A stretch of DNA of 64,000 nucleotides from the human T2T-CHM13v2.0 reference genome, Homo sapiens. The DNA is taken from the NCBI RefSeq assembly GCF_009914755.1, contig NC_060925.1. One strand, 5' to 3'. Position 1 is the first letter of the stretch; each line of letters begins with the position of its first letter. The position numbers and the translations under genes are program-made. Under the pieces are notes generated by a model. That model was not told the DNA's origin, did not search any database, and saw only the letters and a program-made list of their open reading frames with translations. Shown one piece after another: positions 60,416 through 64,000 of this stretch.

Positions 60416-63400
60416 ATTGAAAACAGAGCATGCAAGAGAAATAGAGAAAGAAAGAGAGAAAGCGAAGGGGAGATCTTAATTCTCCAGATATTTTCCATAA
60501 ACTTTAAACATGTTTCTGTCATTTTTCAGTTTTTTGCCATAGTAAAGTCTGAAAGGTAACCTGGACATGTAATCTATAAGACAAAGCTCTTATTTAACCA
60601 CCCATCCCACAGCTGCTGGCCTGTGTCTGATGAAGAAACTTAATTCTTATATTATCATCCTTACAATGAACTAAAACTTGTAAAATTTATCCTTGTATCT
60701 TATTGAAATAATATGTAAGTTATTATATTTTTCTTTAATGACAAAATTGTGATGGCTTTCTTATTTTGTTTTTCTCTGCAGCCTCTTTATAGACTCATCA
60801 TTGAGATGCCAAATTATCACCCATGTTCTCTGTACAACTGGATATTAAAAAAAAAAAAAGCAGGAACCATGATCTTCAGTTTTTCTCTAGAAATAAATAT
60901 CCACACTTGGATATAGAAGAAAAATGCTTAAATGAGGTTTTCTGTTTCCACTGCAACAAAATATACTGATATATTTTAACAGTGCCTAAGAGACAATATT
61001 TTAAAGTGGTAGATTTTGCTGCTAATGTAACCTGAAAATCCTCAATAATTAGAGGGTTAGCATATTCTAGGATGTATATATCAAAAATTGTGTTATGTTT
61101 CAACATTTTAAGCATGCATGCATGTATATGTAGACACAAATGTTCCAAATAATTTTCATTGTCATTGTATAGATTCTACAGTATTTCTTGTCATTTTTAT
61201 GCACTTGTCAAAACAACTGCAGAAACATTTATTGGTTAGTTTCTGCTTTAGGATTTTATTTTCAGTTGACATTTGCTAACTGGCTATTAGTCATTTTTTT
61301 TTTTTATCTCTAGAAAGACCTCCAAATCCAATGCAATTTTGTCTTATTATTTTCCCCAGTGCTGAATTATTTGAACTTCTAAGGCCTTTTTATGTGGGTG
61401 TAGAAAGATAAAATACATCAAACTGAACCTTTTAATAAAATTTCAATGAAGTGATAAATCAGATAGCTGTTGCAAACAATGTAGAAGTACACTTGTGCCA
61501 TTAAATGATGCAAGAAGCTCATCTAGCATAAATGAGTTGTTTGGAAATCAAAGAAACATCCCTCTGTTTAATATTTCCTGCAAATTGATCCTTCAAACTC
61601 TATTTTTTAGCAAAATAACTTGTTGTCTTTGAATTGGGATATTTGCAGGTATTTATCAGCAATAACCATGTTTTCAATTACACTAAAGTCTCAAAGTTTG
61701 AAAGTACAAACCTGTTATTGTGTATTTATTGACTTTTATTTTAAAGTTTAATTTGTACCAGTGAAGAACTCCAGTGCCTTCTATATTAGAAAGTAATATT
61801 AATACTTTTTTTGAGAACATATATATCAGATAACTGAAATCAATAAGGTGACAATATTCTTATAAAACAAAGATTGATAGAACTATGTCATACATGCTCA
61901 CCTTTTCAAAGGGGGTAAGTTTGAGCTTCTGCATTCCCTTGGTGTTTTCAAGATTGTTTTGATGAGTTTGTTGTTAGTAATATTTTTAATAGTATATTTT
62001 CTCTAGTCTTCCAAAAGACCAAATTCAAAGAGATTAAGAAAGAAGTTTGTCACTAAAGAGAATCTTCTTTGTCTAACCTAAGTAGTAAGAAAACAATTCA
62101 AGCTACCCCATTCTCTTTTACCTCCTACAGGAATTGAGAAGAAATGGGACATGTAAGCTGCTCAGATTTTCTTGGTGCACATCCTGGATCTCTGTGTAAA
62201 TATTTCCAGCATATATGACACAATTCAAAATATCAAATATTTATGTTTTTATACTTACTGTTAGAGTTCAGATTGAATGGTTACGTATGGAAGTTTTGTA
62301 ATATTTGGCACCATTCTTGGATTTGATTAGTGTGGTTAAGTTAGTTGTCTATGATAGAAACCCGGGCTTCTATTAGTACTCTGTAAACCTAAATTCTTAG
62401 ACTATCAAGATTGAACAAGGGATTTTAATAACTGGAAGAGGCAACACCTCCCTTTTTTAACAACACATCACCTCAAACCCATGTTAGGCCAAAAGAAGCT
62501 TTCTTGGGTAAATATACCCTCTAAAGCTGAAAAAATACTCACTTTTTTAAAAAAGATACTCTTGTTGTTGTTAATTATTCAACCAAAAAGAAGAGGGATC
62601 TGTAGTGGGTGGAGAAGACAGGAATTAGAGTACATCACAGCATTTGCTCAATAGCATTTCAAGTAATTCCGACTGCTCCCAGAGAGAAAGAAACACTCCC
62701 TGCTGATAGCCAGGTTGCTTTGAATTTCTTTGCTGCCTTCTGTATTGTCTCATCTCCAGATTCTCTACTAAGTGGGGAGACCACATTAGGGTAAATCACA
62801 GAAGCTACTGAACAGAAGAATCTGACCTAGAAATCAAATCCCTTCTACTTTATTCCCCATGAGAATTTTACCTAAAAAGTGGAAGAAAAATATATCTGTT
62901 CAGCTGTGGCAGAACAATTTCTCTATTTATGAAGTTAGAATATTTTTTGTATTTAAACACATACCTCCTTCAAGTAAATATACCTCACAATTTTAGGGAA
63001 CCCTACTAAATGTTCTATTTTATTATCTTTCCCATCCATACATAATAGGTTGCTCTATGATCTCAAATTTCCATGGTCAGTCATTGAAAAATGAAACAAA
63101 ACAATGTTCTAGTGAATAATTATTTTATTTAATCTCTAGAGATATTTTCAGGCATTATTTCTCTGACAGTGAAGTATAGGTAAACTGTCAGAAACAGAGG
63201 TGAAAGACAGAAGGAAAGAAAGAAAGAGAGAGGGGGTAAAGATTACTACCATAAATAAATTATATTTTGGCTTTTTAAACTTAAATATATATAACGTAAA
63301 TAAAATCTATATATTATTTAAATTTAATGCTTTTGGTTTCTTGATGATCTATTAAATAGCAATATGACTCTAAACGCTGTTATCTGATACTTCAGCAGTC

Positions 63401-64000
63401 TTATATAGGGAAACAGTGTATTAAAAATATTACTTTAGTGTAAATATGTAGTGAGTTCATTAAAATGGCAAAAGAGCTGAGCCAAGAGGTAATTTTTCTT
63501 AACACATTCTGCCATCCCTAAGATTGATTTTTTTCATGTTTTAATTTTATAATCTATAATTTTAATTTCTTAAAGTAATATTAAACTGTAGAACATAATT
63601 TTATAAAAAGTATCAACCTTGTAATTATTGTGGATTCTGTATCATTGTCATTTCCACTACTCTGCCAGAAAAAACCTGGAAGATTTGTCCAAATTTTGTC
63701 TATTTAACTTCCAATTCTTATTGTTTCATAGATGTGTTTAATGAGATTAGAGCCTAGAAAATCCACATGTATCTTAGATGAAAGAATGGCCCACAACTGG
63801 AGTATTTTTATTTCTCTATGGAGGAAAAGAAATACATAACATAGGAATGTCCTGAAACATAGAAAACTATTTCAAAATGGTGAATATCCATGAACATGAC
63901 AACTCTTCCTTGCTCCTGTCACTTTATAAACATTGTTTTTTAAAAAAGGGTACATAAAATTAGCAACTGGATGCTAAAGCCTTTTGGTACTATCGAAATT

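Overview
AT-rich, repeat-dense hominoid (very probably human) nuclear DNA, intronic or intergenic in character. I found no intact cellular protein-coding gene, RNA gene or CRISPR array. Most of the window is fossil transposable elements: a full-length but dead L1PA3-type LINE-1 (800-6942) that keeps the 129-bp ZNF93-binding segment, older L1PA8/PA13/PA15-16/L1M copies, 9 Alus, ERV1 LTRs (LTR1-, MER34/39-, MER67-like), ERVL/MaLR elements (LTR16-like, an ERVL pol fossil, THE1, MST, MLT1 plus internal), L2/MIR and MER DNA transposons. The best non-repeat signal is a compact CpG-containing module at ~33.35-33.47 kb. It has a near-perfect RFX X-box (GTTGCTAGGCAAC), a forkhead site and a consensus minus-strand splice donor, so it is a candidate promoter/first exon of a ciliary or testis-type transcript running leftward. 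LINE-1 orientation also tends to flip around this point. Several unusual rearrangements are visible: an L1 whose 5' tip is fused to ORF2, a local inverted copy, a probable 3' transduction with a local templated duplication, and a twin-primed inversion. Subfamily names come from my recall of consensus sequences and need Dfam/RepeatMasker confirmation; old-element boundaries are approximate. I could not identify the chromosome or host gene and do not claim a novel biological system.
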